NCBI GenBank assembly: GCA_041389765.1
Contig: JAWKRE010000002.1
Location: forward strand, 11,908 to 75,907
Reading direction: 5' to 3'
Length of the DNA: 64,000 nt
Source: Polyangiaceae bacterium
Lineage (GTDB): Bacteria; Myxococcota_A; Polyangia; Polyangiales; Polyangiaceae
The translations under genes were made by a program, and so were the position numbers. This document shows positions 38,380-47,959 of the stretch, piece after piece. A model generated the notes under the pieces. The model made no database searches. It was not told the origin of the DNA and saw only the letters and a program-made list of their open reading frames with translations. How positions within the stretch are numbered: the first letter of the stretch is position 1; each line of letters starts with the position of its first letter.

Positions 38380-39459
38380 ATGCCGTCGACTCTGCACAAC
38401 GTCGTCACGGAGGTCGTGAAGGCCCACCCCGAGGTCCTTGAATACTTGCTGGCCCTCGCGGGGTCGCCGCCCGCAGGTCCGCTCCACGTCACGACGGACA
38501 CGCAGGCCCGCACCATCTCCGTGGAGCGGCGAGTCGACGTCGCGTTCCTCGTGGGCTCGACGAAGCGCCCATCCAGCTTCCTCCTTGTCGAGGTCCAGCT
38601 CGATCCCGACGAGAACAAGCGCTTCGAGTGGCCGTTCTACCTCGAGCTCTGGCGTTCTCGGCACCGGTGCGAGGGGGCCGTCGTGGTCCTGACCATCGCG
38701 GATCGCGTCCGCCGCTGGATCGACAGCGTGATTGTCCCCGCGTCCGGCGTCCACGGCACTTCTCGCCAGATGCGGCCCACCGTGGTCGCCCTCGACCAGA
38801 TCGCCCCCGCCCTCCTCCTGCGGAGCGAGCTGCCCTACCTCGCCCCCCTCGTGGTGGCGGGCCACATCCACGCGCCGGACGCCCCCGAGATCGCCGAACG
38901 CGCCCTCGATCTCACGGTCGCGACCCTTCCATTGCGCTTGGCAAGACCGCAGTTGGATGCCATCTTCGGCATGGCCAACGCCGCGCTACACGCGCGCTTA
39001 AAGAGGCGCCTCATGGACAACCCCACTTACCGCAGCGCGCTCTTCCGCAGCATCGCCGAAGAAGCAAGCGTCGAAGCCAGGGCAGAAGGCAAGGCCGAAG
39101 GCCTGGCAGAAGGCAAGGCCGAAGGCTTGGCAGAAGGCAAGGCCGAAGGCTTGGCAGAAGGCAAGGCCGAAGGCTTGGCAGAAGGCATGGCAGCCGCCGC
39201 GGCCAAGAGCCTCTTCTCCGTCTTCGCCGCCCGCAACCTCCCGGTGAGCGCCGCCGTGAAGGAGCGCATCGAGTCCTGCACCGACATCGCCCTCCTCGAT
39301 CTCTGGATCCAGCGCGCCGTCACTGCGAAGACCGCCCGCGCCGCGATCGCCTCGCCCCGCACGCAGCGCCCGCCCGCCAAGGCCCCCTCCGCCGCCAAAC
39401 AGGCCACCTCCCGCGGAACCAGCTCCAAGCCCCGCTCGCCATCCGCCAAGAAGAAGTAA
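38380..39459 (+). CDS. Rpn-family recombination-promoting nuclease/putative transposase (PD-(D/E)XK, YhgA-like) with C-terminal DUF4351 domain
   Basis: N-terminal nuclease core (RRVDVAFLVG...FLLVEVQLDPDENKRFEWPFYLELW = D...ExQ motif). Internal (EGKAEGLA)n repeats. C-terminal DUF4351-like CTDIALLDLWIQRAVTAKTARAAI. Confidence 0.7.
   Translation: MPSTLHNVVTEVVKAHPEVLEYLLALAGSPPAGPLHVTTDTQARTISVERRVDVAFLVGSTKRPSSFLLVEVQLDPDENKRFEWPFYLELWRSRHRCEGAVVVLTIADRVRRWIDSVIVPASGVHGTSRQMRPTVVALDQIAPALLLRSELPYLAPLVVAGHIHAPDAPEIAERALDLTVATLPLRLARPQLDAIFGMANAALHARLKRRLMDNPTYRSALFRSIAEEASVEARAEGKAEGLAEGKAEGLAEGKAEGLAEGKAEGLAEGMAAAAAKSLFSVFAARNLPVSAAVKERIESCTDIALLDLWIQRAVTAKTARAAIASPRTQRPPAKAPSAAKQATSRGTSSKPRSPSAKKK
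39080..39192 (+). repeat. 24-nt tandem repeat about 4.5 copies (encodes EGKAEGLA) inside the Rpn gene
   Basis: gcagaaggcaaggccgaaggcttg repeated, with one ctg/ttg variant. Confidence 0.85.
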
Positions 39460-39596
39460 CGCAGCCCACCGAGCGGACCCGGCCCAAGCTCCCGAGCCGC
39501 CGCCCACTCTTCCCGGAACGACTGGACTTCTCACTCAATTCGTCGGAGGCTGACGTCGGGTCGCGCCCACGCTCACCACCCTTCGGGTACGAGATC

Positions 39597-40157
39597 ATGG
39601 AGACCCACAACAAAGCCCGCCTTCTGCTTCAGTCCATCTTCGAAGAAGGCATCCTCGACGGCAAAGCAGAAGCTCGGGGCGAGCCTCCCGTCGAACAACC
39701 AGTATCCCGGGTCCCCGCCGTGCGGGTCACCTACTTCCCCGACGATCGCGTGCAAGTGCTCTACTACCATCGTGTGGTGCGCCCCCCCGCCTCCGCCCCC
39801 AAGTACCGCAGCGAGCTCTTCCAGAGCATCTACGTGGCCGGCAAGGAGTCCGGCAAGGCCCTGGTCAAGGCCGATGGCGTGGCGCTTGACATGGCCAAGG
39901 GCACGGCGCGATGCATCCTCCTCGTTCTCGACGCCCGCCGTATCCCGCCGAGCGATGCAGGGAAGGACATCATCCTCGGCTGCCGGGACCAAGCCATCCT
40001 GAACGAGTGGCTCACTCGTGCCGTCACCGCGGAGCTCATCCACGACGTCATCGCCCCCGCGTGTCGCCCCCCCGCCGAGTCCTCCTCCCCCGCCCCGAAA
40101 AAACAAGCCCCGTCCCGCAAGGTCGCCAAGAAGCGCGCGCCTCGCACCCAGCCCTGA
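39597..40157 (+). CDS. DUF4351-domain protein; 5'-truncated Rpn-family paralog retaining only the C-terminal region
   Basis: METHNKARLLLQSIFEEGILDGKAEARGE...ARCILLVLDARRIPPSDAGKDIILGCRDQAILNEWLTRAVTAELIHDVI parallels the C-terminus of the upstream Rpn gene. The upstream part of the same frame (ORF 38628..) is Arg/Pro/Gly-rich and was not examined for nuclease motifs. Confidence 0.5.
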   Translation: METHNKARLLLQSIFEEGILDGKAEARGEPPVEQPVSRVPAVRVTYFPDDRVQVLYYHRVVRPPASAPKYRSELFQSIYVAGKESGKALVKADGVALDMAKGTARCILLVLDARRIPPSDAGKDIILGCRDQAILNEWLTRAVTAELIHDVIAPACRPPAESSSPAPKKQAPSRKVAKKRAPRTQP

Positions 40158-40324
40158 ACCACCTGCGCCCCTCCGCGCGCCCGCCCCCACAAAACACCGA
40201 CAGCCTGCCCGCCCGCCTTGACACCGCATCTCCCCCACAAAGCACCGACAGCCTGCCCGCCCCCCCCGACATCCGGGTTGAGCAGACAGGCTGTCTGCAC
40301 TTCACCACTCTGTGAACGGTCAGC

Positions 40325-41713
40325 TCACTGGAGCGGATTGATGTTCACAATCCCATCCAGCGAAGGCCCGTTGTAGAGCTCCTGCACCCGCTTCATATCC
40401 CCCTTCGCCACCGCGAAGGCCACGGCCGCGCCGGCCGACGCGCTCGTCGCGTCGCTCGACTGGCCAGGCACGGTGTTGCCCGTCGACGGGTCGAAGCCGT
40501 CCACGTTGCCGTTCGCGCGGACGCCGCCGAACCAGCCAGTCTTCAGGTAGCCGTTGCCCATCGCATACAGCCAGTTGCTGTTCGCGGGGGTGCCGTCCGG
40601 CCAGCCGTTGTTGTTGCGCGGGTCCTTCGGGGTGTCCCCGTGGACCGTGATGACCACGTCGTCCGCGATCGTGCGCGTCGAGCAGAGCGGGTCCTGCTCC
40701 TCGCCGAGGTCCTTCAGGAACTGGTCGAGCATCTTGCCGAGCTGGGCGACCGTGCTGTTCAGCGTGCCCATGTTCTGGAACGCGCCGTGCGGATCGTCGC
40801 GCATCGCAGGCAAGATCACGCTCTGCGTGAGGCCCTTCTTGAACGCCTTGGACGCGGTGATCAGAATACGGCCAATCTGAGAGAGCTTGTTGGGCGTGCC
40901 CGCGTTGATGCCGAATCGCATCAGGTCGTCCGCCGTGGGCTCCAGATCCTTCGCCAGGTTCTGTCCGAGGAAGTTCGCCGCCGTCTTGCCGACGCGCAGC
41001 GGGCGCTGCATCGTCGAGCGCGCAGCGGCCTTGTTCATGCCGAGGAACGCCTTGTAATACGCCTCGTACATCGCGGCGTCCTGCGGCACGCTCAGGATCT
41101 CGCGCGAAGCAGCGCTGTTGAAGAGCTGCACGAGCCCGTCCGCGTCGCCGACGGTGGCGATGTCCGGCGCGCCCTTCGCGTTGCCGAAGTTCACCGGGTT
41201 CACGCCGATGACGGGCAGGAGAGAGGGAGTCGAGCGCTGGATGGAGGCGCACGCCGCGAGCATGCCAGTCCCGCCGCCGAGCTGCGCGGCCGACCCCGGA
41301 GTCGGCGTGTGCGTCTGGTTCGTCCCGGCCATGAACGCGGTGATCCGCTTGCCCTTGTCCAGGTCCTGCCAGGGCGCCTCGGGCGTCAGCTCGAAGTCCT
41401 TGTCCGTGTCCTGCGCCTTCACCGACTTCCCGAACGCGTGGAACGCGAACCCCTGATTGTTCGACCGCGCGATGTCGATGTGCGGCCACAGGAGCTGGAA
41501 CCAGGCGAAACCGCCGTCGCCCGCCACGATGTGGACCGACCGCATCGTCAGCGCACAGGACCCCTCGTCCGCGAGCGCGGTGCCGCCCGAGTCCGAGATC
41601 ACGTTCAGCACGTTCGCGCGATCCACGGCCAGCGCCGCGCCGGCGGCCGTCGCCCAGCGGAGGAAGTTGCGGCGAGAGCGACCTTCCAGGTTCTTCAGCC
41701 TATCGTCGACCAT
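40325..41713 (-). CDS. Tat-signal secreted protein, DUF1552-like (partner of DUF1588-type proteins)
   Basis: Twin-arginine motif SRRNFLRWATAAGAALAV. 462-aa non-repetitive sequence. Genomic pairing with a CxxCH DUF1588-like gene as in Planctomycetes and Myxococcota. DUF number is from memory and tentative. Confidence 0.6.
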   Translation of the reverse strand: MVDDRLKNLEGRSRRNFLRWATAAGAALAVDRANVLNVISDSGGTALADEGSCALTMRSVHIVAGDGGFAWFQLLWPHIDIARSNNQGFAFHAFGKSVKAQDTDKDFELTPEAPWQDLDKGKRITAFMAGTNQTHTPTPGSAAQLGGGTGMLAACASIQRSTPSLLPVIGVNPVNFGNAKGAPDIATVGDADGLVQLFNSAASREILSVPQDAAMYEAYYKAFLGMNKAAARSTMQRPLRVGKTAANFLGQNLAKDLEPTADDLMRFGINAGTPNKLSQIGRILITASKAFKKGLTQSVILPAMRDDPHGAFQNMGTLNSTVAQLGKMLDQFLKDLGEEQDPLCSTRTIADDVVITVHGDTPKDPRNNNGWPDGTPANSNWLYAMGNGYLKTGWFGGVRANGNVDGFDPSTGNTVPGQSSDATSASAGAAVAFAVAKGDMKRVQELYNGPSLDGIVNINPLQ

Positions 41714-41725
41714 GACATTCCTCCG

Positions 41726-42460
41726 TCACTCGCAAGAGTGCACAGCACTCATCAGAGCTGCGATTGCAACCTTCTTGCCAGTCTCCACATCGGAGGAGTT
41801 GGCGACGGCGCTGTTGCAGATGGCCACGTGCTCGGCGGTCGCCGGCTTGCCCATCATGCAGGTGAGCGCGTCCGCGTTGCAGTGGTTCTCCTCGTCGAAC
41901 ACCTGCGGCCCGACCCCGTCGATCTGGCACTGAGGCATGTTCGGCAGGTTCGCGATGATCTCCGGCGCCGCCTGCACCCAGATGTCGAACATCTTCGCCG
42001 CGCCCGCCGCCGTCCACACGATCGCCTCCCCCACGCGGGCGTCGTAGTTCGCCGAGCCGAGCGCCCCTGTCCCTTCCTTCACGAGCTGCCCGGCCGTCGG
42101 CGGGTTGCCCGTCGCGTCCAGGTTCACCCCGAGGCTCGACAGGATGTTTCGCAGCGTCGTGATCTGCAGCTTCTGGCACGAGTGGAGGCGCGTCCGGATC
42201 TCCGCCGGCCCCTCTTCCTCGCGCTGCTTCAGCACCTCGAACGCGTCCTTGGGGGCCTCGTCGCCGAGCCCCGCCATGTGATCGAACGTGTTGTCCGGCC
42301 CGCCGGCATAAGCCCCGTCCTTCTCTTCCACGTTGTTCGTGGGGTCTTCCTGATAAGGGCTGTGGGGCGGCGGGTTCACCTTGTCAGGGCGGCTGTCGCA
42401 GGCTGCGGCCGAGAGGCCGCAAGCGACGGCGAGCGAAATCACGATCTTCGTCGTCTTCAT
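41726..42460 (-). CDS. hypothetical lipoprotein
   Basis: Lipobox ISLAVACGLSAAACDS. 244 aa with several Cys pairs. Lies between the DUF1552-like and DUF1588-like genes. Confidence 0.55.
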   Translation of the reverse strand: MKTTKIVISLAVACGLSAAACDSRPDKVNPPPHSPYQEDPTNNVEEKDGAYAGGPDNTFDHMAGLGDEAPKDAFEVLKQREEEGPAEIRTRLHSCQKLQITTLRNILSSLGVNLDATGNPPTAGQLVKEGTGALGSANYDARVGEAIVWTAAGAAKMFDIWVQAAPEIIANLPNMPQCQIDGVGPQVFDEENHCNADALTCMMGKPATAEHVAICNSAVANSSDVETGKKVAIAALMSAVHSCE

Positions 42461-42474
42461 GGCTTGCTCCTCTC

Positions 42475-43668
42475 CTAGAACCGCACGAAGTCGGCGCTCT
42501 TGAAGATCGACGCGAGCGTCGCCTTCAGGTTGAGGCCGTTCTGGTAGTAGGTGATCATGTACTCGTCGAGCACCTCGTAAGGCACAGTCGCGAGGTCATT
42601 GACGATGTCCTCTTTGGACATCGCGAAGTTGTAGAGCCTTGAGACCGCGCACTCGCCCACGTCCGGGTCGCTCGCCACCGCCTGCCCCAGCTCCGCCAGG
42701 TCCGCCACCGGCTCGCCGAAGCGCCACGCCGTCGTCTCCCCCGGCTTCAGCCAGTGCGAGATCTCCGTCGTCACCGGCGTCGCCGTCGGCGTCATCACGC
42801 TGATCCCGTTCTGCCACTTGCCGTTCTGGTCGAAGTTCCCGAACAGCGGCGCGATGTGGTTGATCGAAGTGTGGCAGTTCGCGCACACGACGCTCTGCGT
42901 ATCCTGGAAGTCGATCGGCTCCGTCGCGATCGACTCGAACGCCCACGGAGAGATGTAGTCCGCGCCGCCCTTCGACACCGGCTTGTCCGAGTACTCCGCC
43001 GGGAACTTCGTACAGACGAAGACCTCCTGCAGCCACCGCACGCGCCGGAACGCCATGCTCCCGTAGAACTGATAGTTCATCCCCGGGTTGGTCAGCACGC
43101 CCGCCTCGACAGGAGCGCCGCTGTTGCACTCGCCGTCGGTGAAGGTCTTGGTGTTGCCGTCGTATTCAGGGCAGTTGTTCGAGCCCTGCGTGAACAGGTC
43201 GGTGAAGGGCTTCCCCTCGACCGTGATGCGCGCCGCCAGGTTGGGCGCCGTGTTCCGGCTCGGCTTCCCGTCGGCCGCGCCGCCCGCGAGCCGCATCGTG
43301 TCGCGCCAGAACTTGATCATCCGGTCCGTGAACCGGCCATCTTCCAGCATCTTGTCGATCTCTTCTTCGTACGCCCGCTTCGGGTCCGGCGCGTTCTGGA
43401 CCTTCTTGATCTGCTCCAGTGTCGGCAGGGCGCGCACGATCTTGATCGACGCCGTCCGCAGCGCTTCGCTGTAGTCCTTCACGCGCTCATCGAGCACGGT
43501 GTGAGTCACCTCGGGCCGACTCGCCTCCGGGTTCTCCGGGGTCGGCAGAGCGGGCTTGTCGTCCCCATCACTGCCAGTCTCACTCCCCGTCCCAGGAGCG
43601 GTCTCACACGCCGTCACCGCGAGCGCCGCGCTCGCCAGGAGGCCGAAGATCATCGAGATCCGTCGCAT
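42475..43668 (-). CDS. DUF1588/DUF1592-like lipoprotein with a c-type-cytochrome-like CxxCH motif
   Basis: ATG at 43666-43668. Lipobox LAVTACET. The VVCANCHTSINHIAPLFGNFD motif is characteristic of the Planctomycete-type DUF1585-1595 family. The upstream 95 codons of ORF 42475..43953 are low-complexity. Confidence 0.6.
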   Translation of the reverse strand: MRRISMIFGLLASAALAVTACETAPGTGSETGSDGDDKPALPTPENPEASRPEVTHTVLDERVKDYSEALRTASIKIVRALPTLEQIKKVQNAPDPKRAYEEEIDKMLEDGRFTDRMIKFWRDTMRLAGGAADGKPSRNTAPNLAARITVEGKPFTDLFTQGSNNCPEYDGNTKTFTDGECNSGAPVEAGVLTNPGMNYQFYGSMAFRRVRWLQEVFVCTKFPAEYSDKPVSKGGADYISPWAFESIATEPIDFQDTQSVVCANCHTSINHIAPLFGNFDQNGKWQNGISVMTPTATPVTTEISHWLKPGETTAWRFGEPVADLAELGQAVASDPDVGECAVSRLYNFAMSKEDIVNDLATVPYEVLDEYMITYYQNGLNLKATLASIFKSADFVRF

Positions 43669-44349
43669 ACAGCGCCAACCTTTCACAAGAGGCTCCCCTC
43701 CACCGTCGCAACCCTCGTGCCACCAAGAAATCCACGAATCCCAGGATTTTTCCGCTCCCGTTGTCGCCGAAAGCCCAGCTCCAGGCCCAATCCCAGGACC
43801 ATCCCCCACAACCTGGATCATCAAAAATCCATCCCCGGTCCCTCCCCGACCACCCACTCGCCCCATCGCCTGCGCCCCATCGACTCGCCCCCGCCGCCAC
43901 CGCGCTCGCTGCCCCACCCTGAACCGATGTCCGCCGTTTCGAGCCGGGTGCAATGAGGCTCAAGTCGAGGATGAGGGCGAAGCCGAAGTCCCGGCCCCGT
44001 GCTCGTCGAAGCTCTCCAAGAGGTCCACTGCCCCCCACCGCGCTCGTCGTCCGCTCCGCTCCCTCCTCGCTTCCGCGCCCCCCCGGCGCCGTGCTCGCGG
44101 TCTCCGCCCGCTGCGCGCGTGCGGGGGGCGCCCGCCGCCTGTATTCAGACGATAATACACCTCGCGGATTCGTGGACCGGAGAGGGCCCCCGCCCCCGCG
44201 GCGTCAGCGTGACCGTGTTCGTGGACGGAGAGCGCGAGGACAGGTAAAGACGAAACGTCGACTCTCATTGATCGAGCCGAGCGAGGAAGATCGCTGTTGG
44301 GGGAGCCGCGAGGGGGTGGCGCATGCCTTGCAAAAATCGCCGGCAACCC

Positions 44350-45066
44350 ATGAAAACAGCGACGTTTGCCCCCACGAGCCCTCACCGACGTGCAGACCGC
44401 CTCTCGAAGCGTGCAGTCCGCCGCACAGCGGCGCGTGCGGCCCTCCTCACGGGGCTCGGGCTCGCGGCGCTGACTCCCTCGTTCGCCCGCGCCGAGCCGC
44501 CGGGCCCCGCGCCCGTTCCGGCGCCTCCGCTGGGCTGTCCGCCGGCCGCCGCCGGGTCCGCGCCTGCGCCTGGCTGTCCGCAGCCGGCGGCTCCTCCGAA
44601 CGGGGTGTGGGCGGCTCCTCAGCCCATCGATCCGGTCACGGCGGCCTATCTTGACGAATACGACAAGGAGCAGGGCGAGCGGGCGCGGAGCAAGGCTCGC
44701 CGCGCGGATCCCCCGGAGCTGGTGAACAACGCCGAATATCAGCGGCTGAAGGGGCAGCGGAACGCCGGGATTGTCATGCTGTCGGTGGGCGGCATGGGGG
44801 TGCTCGTGGGCGCGGTCTGGCTGATCAGCGCCAGTCTCCGACACTGGGATCTCTTCAAGGGGTCCGAACCGGACCGCAGCGGTCAGGCCGGGGCCGGCGT
44901 CATGATGGGGCTGAGCGCCTCCACGATGGTCGCCGGAGGGGTCCTCCTCGGGGTGTCCAGGTCCGGCATGAAAGAGATGCGCGAGCGGTATTTCACGGTG
45001 GGGCAGGGGCTGTCGTTCGATGTCCACGTCGGGCTCGGGTCTGCGGGGATCTCCGGCTCGTTCTGA
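44350..45066 (+). CDS. hypothetical secreted/membrane protein
   Basis: MKTATFAPTSPHRRADRLSKRAVRRTAARAALLTGLGLAALTPSFARA signal-like region, Pro/Ala-rich segment, and two C-terminal hydrophobic helices. Preferred over the antisense 774-aa Arg/Pro ORF. Confidence 0.45.
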   Translation: MKTATFAPTSPHRRADRLSKRAVRRTAARAALLTGLGLAALTPSFARAEPPGPAPVPAPPLGCPPAAAGSAPAPGCPQPAAPPNGVWAAPQPIDPVTAAYLDEYDKEQGERARSKARRADPPELVNNAEYQRLKGQRNAGIVMLSVGGMGVLVGAVWLISASLRHWDLFKGSEPDRSGQAGAGVMMGLSASTMVAGGVLLGVSRSGMKEMRERYFTVGQGLSFDVHVGLGSAGISGSF

Positions 45067-45195
45067 CGCGAGGCGCGCGAGGGCTCCGGCGCGAGGGGCC
45101 GAGAGCGCGCGGGCGTCGGGGGCGAGAGACGCGGAGCCTCGCGAGGAGGGCGTGGGAGGGCTTCGTCGCGCGGGGAGGCGTGGTATCGTCCGCGA

Positions 45196-46137
45196 ATGAG
45201 GCGTGTCGCGACTCCGCTGCTGGCCACACTGGCGCTCTCCTGCGCGCAGGCGAGCGAGGAGCCGGCGGGGGCTGTCGTGGTCGGGATCACCGCGGACTTC
45301 CAGCCAGGGCCCGACATCGCGCGGCTCTCGGCCGATGTGCGGGTCGATGGGGAGCTGTTCGATTCGCGGGTGTGGATCGCGAAGGGCTCTCCGGAGCTTT
45401 CGTTTCCGCTGGAGCTCCCGGTCTCGGGGCTGGCGGACGGTGCGCGGGTCGATGTCGAGCTGCTCGGGTTCGAGACCATGGGGGAGAACGAGGCGCCGTT
45501 CGTGCGGCGCGACGCGGCGACAGCCATCCTCGTGGGGCAGACACTGCTCCTCCGGGCACACATGGAGTGGGAGTGCGTGCCGAGCTTTCACCTCCCGGGC
45601 GGCGAGCTGGCGCCGACCTGCGCGAGCCCGCTGACGTGCGTCGCCGCCGGCTGCGAGGACCCCTTTGTCGACCCGTCGAAGCTCTCTCCGTATTCCATCG
45701 ACTGGGCGGTGGACTATGCGGACGAGTGCAGGCCAGAAGACGCGGGCGAGCCGGCGGTGGAGGTGGGGCGAGGGCTGGAGTCGTTCGAGGCCCTCGCGCC
45801 CGGAGGGCCGGTGCCGATGGTGAAGGGGCCGCAAGGGGGATTTCATGTGTGGCTCGCGCTGCGCGCGCGGAACCTGCACCGGCAAGGGTCGGTGACGCAT
45901 CTCCAGGTGACGCGGCAAGACTCGGGAGAGGAGCTCTGCGCGGTGGAGGTGCCGTGGGACTTCGAGCCTTCGGGGGACGGGAGCTGCGATCTGGCAGGGA
46001 TCCAGTGTGTCGTGAGCTACGATGTCGCGGGGGCGGCGGCGCTCACCGGGCAGGCGGCGCTCGTCTCGGCGAAGGTGGTCGACTCGACAGGGGATGTCGG
46101 GTTCGGCGAGCAGGTGGTCACTCTGTCGGTGGAGTGA
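45196..46137 (+). CDS. hypothetical lipoprotein
   Basis: Signal/lipobox MRRVATPLLATLALSCAQAS. 313 aa, non-repetitive, several conserved-looking Cys. Confidence 0.55.
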   Translation: MRRVATPLLATLALSCAQASEEPAGAVVVGITADFQPGPDIARLSADVRVDGELFDSRVWIAKGSPELSFPLELPVSGLADGARVDVELLGFETMGENEAPFVRRDAATAILVGQTLLLRAHMEWECVPSFHLPGGELAPTCASPLTCVAAGCEDPFVDPSKLSPYSIDWAVDYADECRPEDAGEPAVEVGRGLESFEALAPGGPVPMVKGPQGGFHVWLALRARNLHRQGSVTHLQVTRQDSGEELCAVEVPWDFEPSGDGSCDLAGIQCVVSYDVAGAAALTGQAALVSAKVVDSTGDVGFGEQVVTLSVE

Positions 46138-46186
46138 GCGGGGCAGGGGAGGGGAGGGAGAGTGGCAGTCTGAGGAGGCGGCGAGA

Positions 46187-47950
46187 TCAGGGGACGACGG
46201 ACCTGCGGGCCACCTTGTGCAGGAGAGTGACGAGGTCGGCCACGTCGAAGGGCTTCTCGATGTAGCGGTTGGCCACGTTCTCAAGGAACTCGCGGGCGTT
46301 CCGCGTGAAGGCGCCGCCGGTCATGAAGACCATGCGGGGGAGGAGCTCGGGGGCCTCGCGCTGCACCCACGCGTGGACCTGCATGCCAGAGGTGTCGGGC
46401 ATCATGAGATCGCAGAGGATGACGTCGTAGTCGCGGGCGGTGATGAGGAGATCGAAGGCGGCGGTGCCGGACTCGGCGAGCACCACCTCGAAGCGATCTT
46501 CCAGGAGGGCGGCGAGGGTGGAGCGGAGGGTGCTCTCGTCGTCGATCACGAGCACGCGCGGGCGGCGGGCCTCGTTCGCGAGCGGGATCTGCGTGCTCGG
46601 CGGCGAGAGGCCGGCGTCGGCGACCTCGCCGACAGGGAGGTGGATCGTCAGCTTGGTGCCGCGGCCAACCTCGCTCTCCACGTCGATGCGACCGCCGTGC
46701 GCGCGCACGATGTCGCGGCAGATCGAGAGGCCGAGGCCCGCGCCCTGGCCGCGCTCCTTCGTGGTGAAGAAGGGATCGAAGAGGCGCTGGAGGTGCTCGG
46801 GCGCGATGCCGTGGCCCGTGTCGGCGACGGCGATGCGCACCTCGCCGGCGTCGTGCGAGGTGGTGACGCGCACGGTGTTGCGCTCGGGCGCGCCCTCGTC
46901 GATGGCGTGCGCGGCGTTCACGAGCAGGTTGAGGAAGACCTGCGAGAGGCGGCCCTCGTTCGCGGAGACGAGGGGGAGATCGCCGTAGCTGCGGACGACG
47001 CCGGCGCGGAAGCGGAGCTCGTTCGCGGCGATGTCGAGGACCTTGTCGAGCAGCGTGTTCACGTCGACGGGGCCGAGGCTGTCGTGCTCGACACGCGCAA
47101 ACGCCTTCAGATCTCGGGCGATCCGGCCCACCTGGCGGGCGCCCTCGGTGGCGGTCTGCGCGCGCTCCACGAGCATCTCCAGGGCCGCGAGCGCGCGCGC
47201 GCCGCCCCCGCGCTCGAAGAGGTCCGTCGCGCGATCTTCCCCCAGCTCGCAGGCGAGCTCGTCGCGAAGGTTGGAGAGCGAGCGGGTCACCTGGGGGAGC
47301 TCGGTGCGCAGGCGCTCCAGGTTGAGGAGCACGTACGTGATGGGGTTGTTGACCTCGTGCGCGACGCTCGCCGCGAGCATGCCCATGCTCGCGAGCTGAT
47401 CGCGCTGCGCGAGCTCGGCGAGGAGCTGGCGCTTCTCGGTGACGTCGTTCGCGACGGCGGCGACCGCGGGCTCGCCCTCCCACAGCACCTGGATGCCCGT
47501 GACCTCGGCGACGAACATGCTCCCGTCGCGCCGCAACATGCGCCGCTCGCGCATGGGGAGCGCGTTGTTGCCGCCCTCGATCGCGCGCACCCGGCGCTGG
47601 CTGATCTTGCGCTCGTCGGGGTGGATGAGGTCCATGACGTCGATGCCGGCGAGGCTCTTGAGGCTGTCGTAGCCGTGCATCCGCACCGCGGCGGGGTTGG
47701 CGTAAACGACGCGCCCGGCGCGGTGGACGATGACGGCGTCGGGCAGCGTCTCGATCAGCGAGCGGAAGCTCTCCTCGGAGCGCACGGGCGGCGAGGGATC
47801 GGATGGGGCGCGGGGCGGGGGATCGCTGTCGCGGCGCGACGTGTCGGCGGGGCGCGCGACGTCCTCGCGAACGCTTGCCAGCGCCGCCTCCCCCCCACGA
47901 TCCGGAAGGTCGTCATCGCGCCCCTGCATCACGCGGCGGACTCCTAGCAC
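46187..47950 (-). CDS. hybrid sensor histidine kinase/response regulator (PAS-HisKA-HATPase-REC)
   Basis: PAS region (FRSLIETLPDAVIVHRAG...). H-box LAASVAHEVNNPITYV. N/G boxes NLLVNAAHAI, GAGLGLSICRDIV. C-terminal receiver domain (RVLVIDDESTLR...VILCDLMMPDTSG). Confidence 0.85.
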   Translation of the reverse strand: MLGVRRVMQGRDDDLPDRGGEAALASVREDVARPADTSRRDSDPPPRAPSDPSPPVRSEESFRSLIETLPDAVIVHRAGRVVYANPAAVRMHGYDSLKSLAGIDVMDLIHPDERKISQRRVRAIEGGNNALPMRERRMLRRDGSMFVAEVTGIQVLWEGEPAVAAVANDVTEKRQLLAELAQRDQLASMGMLAASVAHEVNNPITYVLLNLERLRTELPQVTRSLSNLRDELACELGEDRATDLFERGGGARALAALEMLVERAQTATEGARQVGRIARDLKAFARVEHDSLGPVDVNTLLDKVLDIAANELRFRAGVVRSYGDLPLVSANEGRLSQVFLNLLVNAAHAIDEGAPERNTVRVTTSHDAGEVRIAVADTGHGIAPEHLQRLFDPFFTTKERGQGAGLGLSICRDIVRAHGGRIDVESEVGRGTKLTIHLPVGEVADAGLSPPSTQIPLANEARRPRVLVIDDESTLRSTLAALLEDRFEVVLAESGTAAFDLLITARDYDVILCDLMMPDTSGMQVHAWVQREAPELLPRMVFMTGGAFTRNAREFLENVANRYIEKPFDVADLVTLLHKVARRSVVP

Positions 47951-47959
47951 TTTGCGGCG

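Noticed and set aside
43960-46284. 774-aa minus-strand ORF
   Set aside because: Arg/Pro-rich and antisense to two plus-strand signal-peptide-bearing genes with normal composition.
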